A stretch of 64,000 nucleotides of DNA, taken from positions 171,122,001 to 171,186,000 of the forward strand of contig NC_058368.1 of the NCBI RefSeq assembly GCF_018350175.1, in the 5' to 3' direction. A model generated the notes under the pieces. It saw only the letters and a list, made by a program, of their open reading frames with translations. It ran no database searches and was not told where the DNA came from. Origin of the DNA: Felis catus (Eukaryota). The position numbers were made by a program, and so were the translations under genes. Below, in pieces: positions 1 through 13,331 of this stretch (its first letter is position 1; each line of letters starts with the position of its first letter).

Positions 1-443
1 TTAAGTAGCTTGCTTAATAGTTGAGTGTGGAACCTACTTCCTTTCCCCTGAGCCATATCCTGTTTGTGTATTACATGGCTCAGCATCAGTCAGTTCTCTG
101 AGTTCCTTATGTCAAGAATTACGCATGCAGCTTTACACAGAGCCCAACTCCTTATTTATTTCATCATGATGTAGGTTTTTTCCACAATCCATTACATTTC
201 TTAATTTGCTAATGCATTTGACCCCATTTCTCGAAATGGGCACTAATTTCTTAGAAATACTTTACAAATTTGTTTTTATTTGTTTGTTTGTTTTGCTGTG
301 ACACTCATCCTCGGGAGCAGATAGAGATTTCTTGAAAAAGGCTGACAAGTAGCATATTCTTTAGCATCTTGCAAAGCCCTGTGATGGAGCCCTCTCAAAT
401 AAAGTTTGTTGTTCGAGTGTTAATAAATGTAAAATACCTTCAG

Positions 444-656
444 AGCTAGTTCAATAGCGTATTGTTTCTGGAGAAAGTTCTTTGATTATCTAGGATAAGT
501 TCACAATGGCAACATCTCCTTCAGTATTACAATATGTTTTTATCCTTTTAATGGTCCTAGACTATCAGGGAGGAGCATCATTTACACTATATGGAAACTC
601 CTTGATTTAAAATCCTTCACTGCTTACAGCATATATGTCCAGAAAATATTAGATAA
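444..656 (+). pseudogene. Dynein pseudo-exon, AAA4 P-loop region
   Basis: SVLFLEKVL*LSRISSQWQHLL then, frameshifted, NGPRLSGRSII (GPRLSGRS at 553-576). Resembles AAA4 LVLF..[23 protein letters not shown].SG.G(K/R). cag at 441-443 and gtaaat at 657. Confidence 0.7.
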
Positions 657-2349
657 GTAAATTAATGAAAAGAGGAATATCTTTCCATTTTCTTTCTCAG
701 ATTCTGTGTAGAATAATCTCTGTTCGCTTGGTTGCAAAGTGGTTGAATAGGGTCAGTTTATTGTTTCGTTGTGGTATCTCTCAGCCAGCCCAGGGGCAAG
801 AGGAGTAATCAGACTTCTCAAGGACCTGGAAGCAGGAACTAGACGGCTTTGGGGAACCATATTTCTTTCTCTAGTTCTGGAAGCCAAATAGATTGCATCC
901 GCGTCAAATCTTTTAGCATCTACTTTGGGCTTCTGCCTCAGCTGACAGGTTTGCTCTGCCTTGCTCAGATTTTTTGAGCTATTATCTTTTAGTCCTGTCC
1001 CATTGTTCTGCAGAAACCATCTGATTGCATTAGTCCAAGCCAGTGGGCACCATGATCCATTCAGCTGCAGGCAGGTGTGTGGGATGACAGGGTCCCCACC
1101 CTCTCAGCAGGGCTGTGGGAGTGGAGAGGAGTGAGCCCAGGGAGACTTGCTAAGAGGATCAGGGGAGCAGTGAGGACCTGACTATGGTGAAAAGAGTTAC
1201 AATTTGTAATATAGCTGCCATGTGGGAAGCAATATTCTTCCAGAATCTGCCTATTTAGGGACGATGCAGAGAGCATCTTTATCATATTTAGATGTTTCCA
1301 TAAAGGCCTCTCTTGAGTCAATCTATTTCTGAAAGTTCACAGGATTTAAGGATAGGCTTTGGAATTGGGCTATAGGAGAGAGGACAAAAGTGGGATTTAC
1401 CTATTTGATTTAGATTTTAATGGAGACTTGAAGGCTTCTAGATTGTAGGATGATTTTTGCCTCAGAAGCTCTGTGCTTAGGCATATTTATAATGTCTGAG
1501 GCTGGAGCTCTCCCTGAATGTTTTGGAAATCAGAAATGGAAAACTTAAGTGGATAGTGCTGGCTGCAATTCAATGCATGCTAGTGCAATGCAGAGGGGGG
1601 AATGTTATTTAAAACCACAACTGAATGTAGCAACTTCTGCCTTTTCCATGGAGAAGACAGGGGTGGGAATAGGGAATAATTCATACAGCTGAAGGATTGA
1701 ATCTCTTCACTGCTCCTTCCCCTCACACAAGGAGGTGGAGGAGGGAGAAAAGGTGAGGCTGAGATTTAGACGGCCTGTGTGGTTTAGCAGAATACATTAG
1801 TGGGTCTTTGCACAGACAGAGTCTATCTCCTGAGTGCAGGGTATGGAGATTCAGTGCAGCCAAGGTGAAATACTACTTTTTGTGAGAAAATGGAAGGTAT
1901 TTTAAAGTTTTTACTCCTGAGAGGGAAGAGGCAGACAAAGAAACAGGGAAATAGGGAGAGAGAAAGCCCTGGAACACAGCAAAGGGTCCATAGAGCTTTT
2001 CAAATTAGGGGTTTCCAATGTTCTATTTTGAGCGATTTGTTTGGCTACAGTGAAAATCCCATCCATTACTGCAAGTGTCAGTCAAATCAGCTACATGGAG
2101 AAGACTATGAGTGTTTTTATTTGTGAGAGTTTGGTGGGGTGTATTTCTTTGTGTGTGTATATCATGGAGGGAGGCTGGATTTCAAGTCTTCTAAGTGGTA
2201 GAGAATAGGAGAGAGCATATAAAACAGACTATTCATTAATGGAACTAACTCAGTAAAAGCAAGAGCTAAGGGTCGTCAGTGATGGAAAGCTTTTCAATAC
2301 CTCACTATTGCTTCCTGTAGGAACCTTTACTTTGCAAAGAAGGCCACAC

Positions 2350-2875
2350 CAGTGTGTCGCCTTTTTTTTTTTTTTTTTTTTTACAATGTGACACTGACAC
2401 ATCGCCATCAAGGATAGAGCCTATGATTCTTCTCCCTGAATCTGCTGGATCCTCATGAGTACCTCAATCAATAAATAAGGTGGAAGTGATGCTGCATGAC
2501 TTCTGAGGCTAGGTCAAAGAAGGCAATGCAGCTTCCACCTGTCTCTTGCTTTCTCTCAGGATGCCTGCCCTTGGAACCACACCTCCATATGTGAGGAAGC
2601 CCATGCATTATAGAAAGACCATGTGTGTATATTCTAACCAGCAGCTCAGCTATGCACCCAACCAACTTCAACTCCTAAAAATGTAGGCAAACAAGCCTCT
2701 GATGATTCCTGTTCTCAGTCTTCAAGTTTTCCAGCTTTAAAGCCCATACATTGTGCAGCAGTGGTAAGCCATCTCTGTTATATCCTACTCGGGAGCTATA
2801 AGAAATAATCAATAATTATTGTTTTAAGCCACTAAGTTTTAGGGAAATTTGTTATGCTACATTAGATAAATAATA
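2350..2875 (+). mobile_element. MaLR LTR (MLT1F/G-like)
   Basis: ctgaggctaggtca..aaggcaatgcagcttc body and tgttttaagccactaagtttt..ttgttatg 3' motif. Confidence 0.75.
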
Positions 2876-3059
2876 TATCCTCACTCCCAGAATCCCCAGA
2901 AGAAAACTTACAAGTTTGTGATGAACTTTGGACTAATTCTACTTGAAGCTTAAAGAATTGGGTCATATCTGTTTTCATAGCACTTGCTAGATCTCAAGTA
3001 CTATTCTTTGCACTTCAAGAGTCCTGTACCCTGAAATAAAAAGGATATCAGGGCATAAA

Positions 3060-3406
3060 AGGGATGATCTGAATGTTTGACTCCCCACAAAATTCTTTTT
3101 TTGAAATCCTAACCTCTAAAGTTAATGGTATTAGGAGGTGGGGCCTTTGGGAAGTACTTAAGTCATGAGGGTGGAGCCATCACAAATGGGATTAGTGTCT
3201 CATACAACAGGCTTTGGAGAGATCCCTGGCGCCTTCTACCACACTGCAACAAGAAGTCTGCAAACCAGAAGAGAGCTCTCACCCAACCATGCTGGCGTCC
3301 TGATCTCAGACTTTCAGCCCCCAAGACCGTGAGAAATAAATTCCTGTTGTGTATAAGCCACCCTGTCTGTGGTATTTTGTTATAGCAGCCTGAACATACT
3401 AAGACA
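3060..3406 (+). mobile_element. MaLR LTR (MLT1A-like)
   Basis: ggtattaggaggtggggcctttggga ... ggtattttgttatagcagcc..actaagaca. Confidence 0.85.
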
Positions 3407-3981
3407 GGAGGGGAGTTATTTCATCTTTTAGGAATAAAAAGGCACACTCCAAAAATGGTCAAGGAGAAAACAAGTGGCTCAATACACTAAAGAATTAATT
3501 CCTCCAGTTTCAGCTACTTACTAACCATGTTACTGGAAAACTACTTTGGTTTTTGTCTCATTTTCTTCACCTGTAAATCCAGCTAATCCATGTTTATAAT
3601 TATAAGGATTTCTAAAGAATATGCATACAGTGTTTAGCATAGCATCTGATACAGAATAAGCAATCTATAAATACTAGCTATTGTTATTAGTAATATGCTT
3701 AGCATAGTACCTAACACTAGGTAATGGCTTAATAAATGGTAGATGCAATTATTGTAGTACTCCAAATACTTGGAGCTAATGCTACTCCATATCACTAAAT
3801 TCTGCCTTCCTATTTCCATGGCTATATCCCTGGAATTTCCATATGAAGAGGACAGAAAGTTCCATAGTATATTGAATGAACTATACCAGTATGATTAGTA
3901 AGCACACAATAAAATTGAACTCATTCAAAGTGTCCTAACCTAAAGCAATTTGTTTGTTAACTACCAGCCTAAAAAGGCATT

Positions 3982-4300
3982 GAGTCATCTCTACATGTGT
4001 TGGAATATAAATGGCAATCCTTAGAGATGTGATCATATATTGTGCCAACCTTGGAACATATTCATAACTTGGAGAATCTGTGTTTCAAATTAGACTCTTA
4101 CATTTTGAGTAGTTAATTCCATTTACGCTTAACTATATGAAACTTTTGACTCTTCTGCAAAATAGAGCTGAAAATAGCTTCTCTGGGCATCTGATAGTTC
4201 TAAATTAACTCTATAAATAACATTTTGATGAGTAAAGCAGAGAAAAGCCAGAAATTTTCCATAATATACACAACAAGTGGAAAATTCAACTAAGTGGGTG
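3982..4300 (+). pseudogene. Possible dynein pseudo-exon(s), start of stalk coiled coil 1
   Basis: LHVLEYKWQSLEM*SYIVPTLEHIHNLENLCFKL is coiled-coil-like and sits at the expected position; weak match. Confidence 0.35.
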
Positions 4301-4735
4301 TAGGAAAACAAAGAACCACATGGTATTTTTTTAATAGAGACCTTTTTTCAGACTTTGGGTGAACTCACAGTAGGAAGGCCTCATTGTTCTACAGTATCAG
4401 CAGGAAACAACCCCCAAACTGTAGGTGACAGACACTTCAACACACTTACCAACTACATAACTGGTCATAATTTCTCCACCTAAAATCTTCATGCTAATTG
4501 TTCCCCCTTGAGATGGAGCAGAGAAGATGCACTGGCTCCCTGAGGCAACTCAGCTATATTGTGTAAATTCTTAGTTTATTTTGCAATATGGAATTTCAAT
4601 TTCCTTAAGAGGTTAAAAATCTTTCCAAGATAACTTTATATATTCTTCAAGTTGGGGAAAAATATACATTAGGAGATGACTTAGCTCAAATATTCAAACC
4701 AATTTGTTGTTGTTTACCTTAACTTTACCGGCCAG

Positions 4736-4882
4736 GCGGCTACAACAAAATTAAAGAATTAGCTAAGATGTCTGTTGGAGGTGCAATCAGTTTTGCCAAA
4801 AAAATGTCTCAATGTGTACAAATTCGTACACATTTTCACAAAGCCTAACAAATCAGTTTTGAAACACATGAGGTTGACTAAG
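4736..4882 (+). pseudogene. Dynein pseudo-exon, end of stalk CC1
   Basis: ccag acceptor, AAG|gtagaa donor, 49 codons with one stop: AATTKLKN*LRCLLEVQSVL..., cf. DELKEVQPLV / DLAEAEPAL. Confidence 0.5.
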
Positions 4883-5511
4883 GTAGAAAATTGTCAAGCT
4901 AAACTTTTTCATTTTTAAAACTGTTTCAACTTACCTAGTATAATTGAAGTACATTAAAGCGCACATATGTAAAGTGTACAATTTGAACAATCTTAGCATA
5001 TGTATGTACCTATGAAATCATCACCAGAATCAGGATAATCATCATCTCCATCACCCCTAAAAGTTAACCTGTGACCCTTTGTAAAGCTTCCCTCCTTCTA
5101 CTCCTACCCACAAACAACCACAGATCTCCTTTCTGTCACTACGGATTATTTTGCATTGTTTAGAATTCTATTTAAATGGAATCCTAGGGTATGTGCTCTT
5201 TTCTCCCTGCCTTCTTTCACTCAGCATGATTTTGAGATTCATCCATATTGTTAGATACATCAACAGTTCTTTCCTTTTTATTACTGAGTAATAAATATTA
5301 CATTATGCAAATAAAACACAATTAGATTATTCATTTACCTATTGGTAGACATTAGGGTTGCTTCCGGTTTGGGGCAATTACAAATTGAGCTGCTTTGAAT
5401 ATCTGTGTACAAGTCTTTGTGTAGACACAGGTTTTGTTTTTCCTGGGTAAATACTAAGGATTAGAAGTGCTTGGTCGTAGGGTAGATGGAAGTTTAACTC
5501 TTTAACAAACT

Positions 5512-5700
5512 GAGGGTTGATGAAGGGAGGTGGATATGGGATGGGCTAAATGGGTGATGGGCATTGAGAGTACTTGTTGTGAGGAACACTGGGTGTTATA
5601 TGTAAGTGATGAATCAATAAATTCAGTTCCTGAAAGCAATATTACATTATATGTTAACTAACTAGAATTTAAATAAGAATTTGGAAGAAAAAAAAAAAAA
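5512..5700 (+). mobile_element. Carnivore L1 3' end with poly(A)
   Basis: cactgggtgttatatgtaagtgatgaatca...tatgttaactaactagaatttaaataa plus A tail. Confidence 0.85.
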
Positions 5701-6483
5701 CTAAACCTGGAGTACTGGAAAGCTCCAGCTGCTCCACATCTTTGTCAACACTTGGTATGATCAAAGTTTTAAAAATTTTACCCATTCTAATGGGTGTGCA
5801 GTGGTACCCATTGTATTTGCATTTCACTGATGGCTAATAATGTTGAGCATCTTTTCATATGCTTATTGGTCATTCCTATATCTTCTTTTGTGATCAAATC
5901 TTTCGATCCATTTTCTTACTAGGTTGTTTGTTTTCTTGTTTTAGGCTTAATAGTCTTTAGATATATAGAGCAAGTCCCTTATCTGATATATCTGTGGCAA
6001 ACGTTTTCTCTCAGTCTTTTCCTTTTCAACTTAAGAAGATCAAAAATGTTTTTATTTTGGTGAAGTCCAATATATATTTTTTCATTTATGGTTACAATTT
6101 TTGGATTCAATCTAAGAAAACTTTGCCTACTCCAAGGTCACAAAGATTTTCTTCTAGAAGTTTTATAGTTTGAGGTTTTACATATTGGTCTATATTTTGC
6201 TTTAATTTTTGTGTATAGAATAAGGTAAAGATCAATGCCTCCACACCCACTGCCCAAACGTTAACAAGCACAATTTCTTGAATGGACATTTGTTTCTTCA
6301 TCAAACTGCCTTGGTTTCTTTGTCAAATATCAATGACCATATATATATATATAAGTCTACTCTGGACCTTTCTATTTATCTCTATTGTCAGTACTTTCAC
6401 CAATACAAAAATGTCTTTATTACTATAGCTTTAGAATGAGTCCTTAAATCTGGTAGGATAAGTCTTCCAACTTTACCTTTATT

Positions 6484-6505
6484 ATTTTTTAATGCTTTAT
6501 TTATT

Positions 6506-6544
<39 letters not shown>

Positions 6545-6704
6545 ATGAGTCGGGGAGGGTCAGAGAAAGAGGAACAGAGGATCTAAAGCAGGCTCTGGGC
6601 TGAGAGCAGGGAGCCCGATGCGGAGTTTGAACTCATGAACCAACCATGAGATCATAACCTGGGCTGAGATCAGATGCTCAACCAACTGAACCACTCAGGC
6701 GCCC
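6484..6704 (-). mobile_element. CAN-SINE
   Basis: Antisense tRNA-like head ending caggcgccc, (GA)n and T tail. Confidence 0.9.
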
Positions 6705-6924
6705 TATTAAATTTACCTTTAAAAAAATTTGACGGGGCACCTGGGTGGCTCAGTTGGTTAAGCATCAAATTTACCTTTAAAAAAATTTGCATTTGTTATT
6801 CTGGTCTTTTGCATTTCCACATGAATTTTAGAATCAGTTTGTCTATCTCTACAAAATTAAACTGCTGGAATTTTCACTTCACTACATTAAATCTATACGT
6901 TAATTTGGTTAAAATTGCAAATTG

Positions 6925-7150
6925 AGGGCGCCTGGGTGGCGCAGTCGGTTAAGCGTCCGACTTCAGCCAGGTCACGATCTCGCAGTCCGTGAGTTCGAGC
7001 CCCGCGTCAGGCTCTGGGCTGTGGCTCGAGCCTGGAGCCTGTTTCCGATTCTGTGTCTCCCTCTCTCTCTGCCCCTCCCCCGTTCATGCTCTGTCTCTCT
7101 CTGTCCCAAAAAAAAAAAATAAATAAACGTTGGAAAAAAATTTTTTTTTT
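6925..7150 (+). mobile_element. Felid CAN-SINE (SINEC_Fc-like)
   Basis: ggcgcctgggtggcgcagtcggttaagcgtccgact head; TSD aaattgcaaattga. Confidence 0.95.
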
Positions 7151-8599
7151 AAATTGCAAATTGAGTCTTGATGCATGAACGTGGTATATCTTTCCATTCA
7201 TTTATGTTGTCTTTAATTTTTCTCAGTGACATTTTCTAGTTTTCAGTGTTTAAATATTAGACTTTTTTTGTTTAGTTTATTCCTAAAAATAAATTTCTGC
7301 TGAAAAGTTTGGTTTTCCTATTGTTTGCAGATGGCACATAAGAATACAATTCATTTTTTTGTATATTTACCTTGCATCCTGGGATCTTGATGAATTAATT
7401 AGTTCTAATTCTAGCCAGTTTTCAGGTTCCCTAGGGTTTTTTGTAGCAATCATTTCTACCGATAGGGATACTTTTAAATCTTCCTTTCTGACCTTTATGC
7501 ATTTTGTGTATTTTTCTTGCCTTAATTCACTGGATAAGACATCCAGAACTGTGCTTTACAGAAATGATGAAAAGTAGGCACCCTTGCATTGTTTCTGATG
7601 TCAAGGGGGAAACAATCAGTTCTTCAACATTTAAGTATGACATTAGCTGTAATTTGTTTGTTTTTTTCATGGATATTCTTTATCCATTTGAGGAAATTCC
7701 TTACTATTCCTAGTTTGCTGAACATTTTTTATGCTGACTGGGTGTTGAATTTTGCCAAGCATACAAACATCTATTAAATTGATATATGGGTTTTCTCCTT
7801 CATTCTAGTAATATAACCACTTGGAGGAATTTCCAAATTTTGTGATTTCATTTGTATAAATATCTGTTTACCTTTAGATGGAGGCTGTAATTTAGTCATA
7901 TTTATATTCTTAAACTTAGCACCTTGTGCATGACCAATAAATTCTTTGTTGAATGGCTGAATAAATGAATTAATGACACTAGACATATCAAGTAGGTGTT
8001 GGCTTATATTTCTGCTTAACAATGATAAAATCTTCCTATCCAAGTAGCGGTGAACTCAGTAATCTTCCTGGCCAACATAAATTTAAGATAAGGCAATATT
8101 TTTTTTCTCATGTAAAATCCAATTGATATATATGTGCAGTGGGGGGGTAGATGACAGAAGGGAGGGCTCTGCTCCACAAAAAATTCAGGAACTCAAACTG
8201 ATAGAGGGTTTGCCATCTTCAACATGTGGCTCTCAATGTTCTCCTGAGCAATATACCCAGCCGGTAGGCTGGGGAAGTAGGAAAGAATGTCACATTGGGT
8301 GTGTGTGTGTTTGTTTGTTTTTTACAAGGTATGCCTATAAGTCTTATGTTTAATTTTTATTCATATTTCACTGGTCAGAACTCTGTATATGAGCTCACGT
8401 AGGTGCAAGGGAGGTTGGGAATGTAGTTTGTTTCCCTGCAAAATTACAGTAAAGAAGAGCAGCATGAATTTTTGGTGGACAGTTAGTTACTCCTGCCTTG
8501 AGAAACAAAAAAAAAAAGTTGTATTTATTAAGCACCCATTTAAGGTCAGGTAGCAGGCTACATACCTGTACACTACACTACCTTTGGTTTACTATAATG

Positions 8600-8870
8600 T
8601 AGCATTCCTCAGACTGTGTCCAACAGGGCAGTGAAGTCTTGCTCCACTGATGTTCTTTGAAAGAAAGGTTTTTCGTGGTTGAATAAGTTGAGGAAATGTT
8701 AAGTCAAACATGTCTAAACAAGTTCCTTCCTGCAGGACTTCTCAGAACCTTCAATATACTGATCTACATTTTGTCTCTCCAAGAATGCACAGAATGTGAA
8801 GCATTTCCAAACTTTATTTGGATGTAAATTACCTATGAAGACAATGGGACTTGGTTTGAGAAATATTAAG
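8600..8870. mobile_element. Old hAT-Charlie MER-type DNA transposon remnant
   Basis: ggacttctcagaaccttcaatatact..gcatttccaaactttatttg motif. Confidence 0.55.
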
Positions 8871-8999
8871 GCAATGGTATATAATAATAATAAAATAAAT
8901 GATAATAAAATAAAAAGTTATATTTTTCAGTATTCCTAACTGTCACTCATTCCACTCATTTTTATAAAGAATGTACAATGATATCTGGCACAAAATTAC

Positions 9000-9366
9000 T
9001 TTCCACAAAGTCAGGCTGGGTGTGCCTGGGAAAAGGAGAAATTGTTCCATCCAAGAGAAGGCTTGTATACACGGGGCTCCTCTGGTGCCATCATCGGGTT
9101 TGGAGTTACAAAGTCACTGAGTGTCTTGCCTAGAGAGGACATCAGATCTGTATATGAACTACAACCAGAATCTGTGTTCCATTTTCCTGGAGGGAAAGAA
9201 GAGGACGTGTTCTCAGCTAGTAATCCATCACTGGGACCTTGTTTCATTTCTTCCTTTAATATAGATTCTTTGGACCACAAAATATCCATTATGATTTTCT
9301 TCATTAACAAGAAACATGGCATTGTTAAACAGAGAGACGTTGATCTCAGACATGACTCATTTCTAT
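9000..9366 (-). pseudogene. Inverted dynein pseudo-exon, end of stalk CC2
   Basis: Contains ORF 9011-9322; DILWSKESILKEEMKQGPSDGLLA matches the EKxRWxxxxxxLKEExKxLxGDxLLA motif. Acceptor tttaag on the minus strand. Confidence 0.75.
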
Positions 9367-9907
9367 CTTAAAGTGAATAATCATTACTCCAAGTTTTGCA
9401 AGCTACTGTTGGTAAAAAAACACATGCATGCCATGGTAACTTCACAATTTATATGTAAGAAGTGGCTTGGAGTAGTGAGTTGGTGGGAGAAGAAAGAGGT
9501 CTTGAAGCTGTGTTTGTCTAGCACATTTTATCAGATAGGGGAAAATATCAATTATCAACAGCAGTGAATGGGAGGTGAGGGGGATGAGAGAGGCAACTCT
9601 GGGGCAGGAGTGAGGTTTGAAGCAGTCCTACATCTTCCTGAGTCCTTATAGTTTATAAATAAGCTATTAGAAGGAGATAGGTAGAGGGAAGAAGATGCAG
9701 AGAGAGGGTGAGGGCAGGGCAAAAGCTAGAGAGAAAAATGAAGGAAGATCACTATTTTTCATCGAGTTGTCTAGGAGCCAGAAAAGGCCACCTTGTCCAA
9801 TTTCCTCTAAAACAGCCCCATCTTTCATTAATGTTCATTCAGCTTCTGATTGTTTACTTCTAACAACAAGGTGCTTATGTTAACTGTTCTCAAAGCAGCT
9901 CATTTGA

Positions 9908-10121
9908 TTTTTTTTTTCAACGTTTATTTTTATTTTTGGGACAGAGAGAGACAGAGCATGAACGGGGGAGGGGCAGAGAGAGAGGGAGACACAGAATCGG
10001 AAACAGGCTCCAGGCTCTGAGCCATCAGCCCAGAGCCCGACGCGGGGCTCGAACTCCCGGACCGCGAGATCGTGACCTGGCTGAAGTCGGACGCTCAACC
10101 GACTGCGCCACCCAGGCGCCC
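9908..10121 (-). mobile_element. Felid CAN-SINE (SINEC_Fc-like)
   Basis: Near-consensus antisense copy; TSD ctcatttgatttt. Confidence 0.95.
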
Positions 10122-10739
10122 CTCATTTGATTTTAAACAATTCTAATCCTTAGAGGGTCCTTTCTTATTTGCTAAGTTATCTGTCCTCTGTGCTTACTTT
10201 CATTTATTGGTTCTAGCTCTGTTCCCCTCCTGGCCTCCTAAATGTATGGAAACCAATTTGACAATAAATTTCATATATTGAAAAAATAAATAAATAAAAT
10301 AACTTTTTAAGAAAAGTCTTTAACATGATTGCCTTAAACATTTACAGATCCTTGGTACCAACTTACTGTTGTCCTCAAATACCACCAAGTCTGTCACATG
10401 TTCCTCAGGTACAATGATTTGGGAAAACTTCTTTGTTCTTGTCACTTCCCTCTGCATACATGTCAGGTTTCAATGCCTTTCTTAAAATCCAGTATGAAGT
10501 AAAGAAAATCAATGTATAATGCAGAACTAATGCCATTGCATCTAAAGGTGGCACTTTCAGGGAACTAGGATTTTTAAAGACTTGACAAATGTTAATCTCC
10601 CTAGCAGGGGGAAATGATCAGAATTTTGCATATCAGAGTGGAATACATGGAGCCAGCAGCAGCCGTTAGACCCGTCAGTTTAGGAAATGTCTCTGTCTTA
10701 TATTCTCAGCCCTGCTGGATATGTCCTCACCGGGCTTAC

Positions 10740-10795
10740 TCCCAAGTCCCAGCCAGTAGTATCCTCTGCTCTAGGTCCCCACGACCACTCCTCAC
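10740..10795 (-). pseudogene. Possible inverted dynein pseudo-exon (CC2)
   Basis: Strong donor GGA|gtaagc, weak acceptor; lies between two confident exons. Confidence 0.35.
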
Positions 10796-10872
10796 CTGAC
10801 ACTGGTATTCCTCAGTGGTCTTAGTAAAAAACATTCTGAAGCCACACATATACTTCAGCTCCAATGCCCAAT

Positions 10873-10875
<3 letters not shown>

Positions 10876-10916
<41 letters not shown>
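10876..10916 (+). repeat. (GT)n microsatellite
   Basis: Direct observation. Confidence 0.95.
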
Positions 10917-10918
<2 letters not shown>

Positions 10919-11128
10919 ACAAAGAGACAGAGAGCACAAATTATTATTACTACACAAATAATTTGCTTTAGACCAAGGTGTGAAGAAACTACTTGTTTCT
11001 CTGGACAAATATATTAATTTTTAATTGACAATAAGAAATTCACATTTAATTGATTGCTTAGAGCCCATTCTATGACCCAGGTTTTGTAATTATACAAGCT
11101 CTTATGGCCAGCATGAATGCATCCTTAC

Positions 11129-11220
11129 CTGCCTCCTGATAGTCTCATTCTCCTAGTCAAACTTTTTATTTTTTAATTTCTATTGTCTTGTTTAGAGTCT
11201 GATATACTGCCCTAGATATC
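11129..11220 (-). pseudogene. Inverted dynein pseudo-exon, start of CC2
   Basis: tctcattctaacag acceptor and CAG|gtaagg donor. In phase with the 11443-11516 exon it reads ISRAVYQTLNKTIEIKK*KV*LGE*DYQEA, cf. AMxxYxxVxKxVEPKKxxLxxAExxLQEA. Confidence 0.75.
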
Positions 11221-11442
11221 CTGTTAGAATGAGATAGACCATAATTAAATAACCAACTAACCCAGTTGTTTAATATTTTTGGAAAAAGTTTAACATATAT
11301 GTTGTTACCAACATCTTAGAATTAAAAGAAAACTATTATAAAGATTGTGTAAATTAAACTTGGGTGTACAATAAAAAATAAATGGCCTGATTTCCCACAA
11401 AAGGTCTTCACAGGCCAGATAACAATTGGATTCTACTCTTAC

Positions 11443-11516
11443 AGCACCCACACGGAAAAAGGGCAAAGCAGTTTTCTCTGAGATACTTCACTTATATAAA
11501 TACTGTCTATCGTATT
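11443..11516 (-). pseudogene. Inverted dynein pseudo-exon, MTBD helix 6
   Basis: ctcttttcag acceptor, gtaaga donor, 74 nt: NTIDSIYISEVSQRKLLCPFSVWVL, cf. KVSxACGPLCSWV. Confidence 0.75.
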
Positions 11517-12394
11517 CTGAAAAGAGAGATGACTAGATGTGACAGAACCAGTAGAAAACACATTCTGGCAATCTTTCAGCATGCGAGTAAGAGAAAGAAG
11601 AGAGGAGAAAAGACCAAAGAAAGGAGAAAATAGGAAGAAATTATTTGAATGCAACGAATATACAAAATTCAGTTCTACTGGTGATTCAACCATAACTTGG
11701 TTTTCTGTGTGTTATTTATACAGTGGATGGCAATTGACTCAATTGGCATATATTAAAGCCACATCAGAATGTGAACATTCCTTTGTGATAATGTTTCTTG
11801 TTATATCTAGTTTTTCTAGCTCTTCCAAGTTGAACATTACCATACAAAGAATACAAACAGGTCTTTGGAAAGGAAAGGGGCCATGTTGTACTGATTAACA
11901 ATTATAACCAGGCATGTGAAATGACAGAGCTCTCCCCAAGCCACTCACTCAAGTTGAGTGCTACGAATTCAAATAAAATATGGGTGGTTCCCAAATGAAT
12001 TCTCTTTTTCCTTATTTTGAGAAGTGTCAGGTTTTAGGAACTCTCCTCATTCTTTTGTGTAATGCTTTATACATAATGAATGCTAAGGAAAGTTGATGAG
12101 TGAATGTCTACTGTAAAAAGCTTCTAAGATCTAAGTGTAATCTATAGCCTCTTTAATAAACAGAAAAGAATTAATGTTTTCATTAGCCAGCTTAAGTATC
12201 TTTGATTAAAGTAGTATAATAATGACTTCCATAAGGAGACACTGATATTCTACTGTGTTGTGTCTCTATTTTGCTCTTCTTAAATCTTTCTACTTTGTAT
12301 AAATAGATGGGGAAGTACAGATGGATGATTACTAAATGAATACACAAAAATAAATAAAATGAAGATGTCAGTGGCCAGGGAGTGGACTGGCTAC

Positions 12395-12638
12395 CTCATG
12401 GTTATATTCTATTCATGACTGCTGATTCCTGTAAGAAACTTCAAGGTGATTTTGCTGACACTGCTTCACAAGGAAGCCCTGCACGGCAGAATGTAGTGGA
12501 AACTTGGCCTTCATTTGGCAAATTCAAGCTGTGTGGACAATCAATCTGAATTATTCTGAACCATTTCCCTTGACACCAAAATTTTTCCACGGTTGCTTGA
12601 ATCACCCTTTTGATTAGATTTTGCCTCTTTTTTATAGT
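12395..12638 (-). pseudogene. Inverted pseudo-exon with no canonical dynein motif (possible insert)
   Basis: Strong acceptor ttttttttaaattcacag, long near-open frame, weak donor; lies between MTBD exons. Confidence 0.4.
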
Positions 12639-13069
12639 CTGTGAATTTAAAAAAAATGTATTTAATTTGCCCAAATTACATAGGAAGTAAAATTTCTATT
12701 ACTATTAATAATCAAATCAGAGAATTTATATCCTTTAACCCTGAAATCTAGCCACTTATGTATTTAAGAAACTATTCATGCATTAAAATATACTAAGTAC
12801 TTTGAGAATACATTGCTTTTGTAAAATTTAGCTAATTCGTCCAGGAATAACTAATCAAATAGGTAAACAATATACAAATAACAGTCATAACAGGTATTTT
12901 AAAATCAACTGAAAACATGTAGAACATAAGAATAAATGGATATTTATTAATCTTCAAGCATAGCTTAGCAAACAACTTATGAGGAATATGCTTTCATTGT
13001 TCCCATGTTGGAGGTAGAACTACTGAAGCAAAGCCAGGTGTTTAAACAGGAAAGCCCGAATTAACCACC

Positions 13070-13286
13070 ATGTTAGTTTCCTATTGCAGCTGTAATAAAT
13101 TACCACAAACTTAAAACCATACAAATATATTATCTCACAGTTCTGGAAATCAGAAGCCCAACAAGACTTTCACTGGGCTAAGATCAAGGCTTGCATTCCT
13201 TTTGGAGGCTGTAAGGGAGAGTGTGTTTTCCTGCCATTTCTAGCTTTTATTTTTTTTTAAGTTTATTTATTTATTGAGTGAGAGAC

Positions 13287-13331
<45 letters not shown>

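Larger units (their letters stand above)
4915..7815 (-). mobile_element. Old L1 (L1MB/MC-like) 3' portion with nested insertions
   Basis: Antisense L1 ORF2/3'UTR motifs, e.g. tttgcatttcactgatggctaataatgttgagcatcttttcatatgc. Confidence 0.85.

Noticed and set aside
60..400. AAA3-lid-like reading (LCQELRMQLYTEP)
   Set aside because: Position fits, but the similarity is too weak to call without an alignment.
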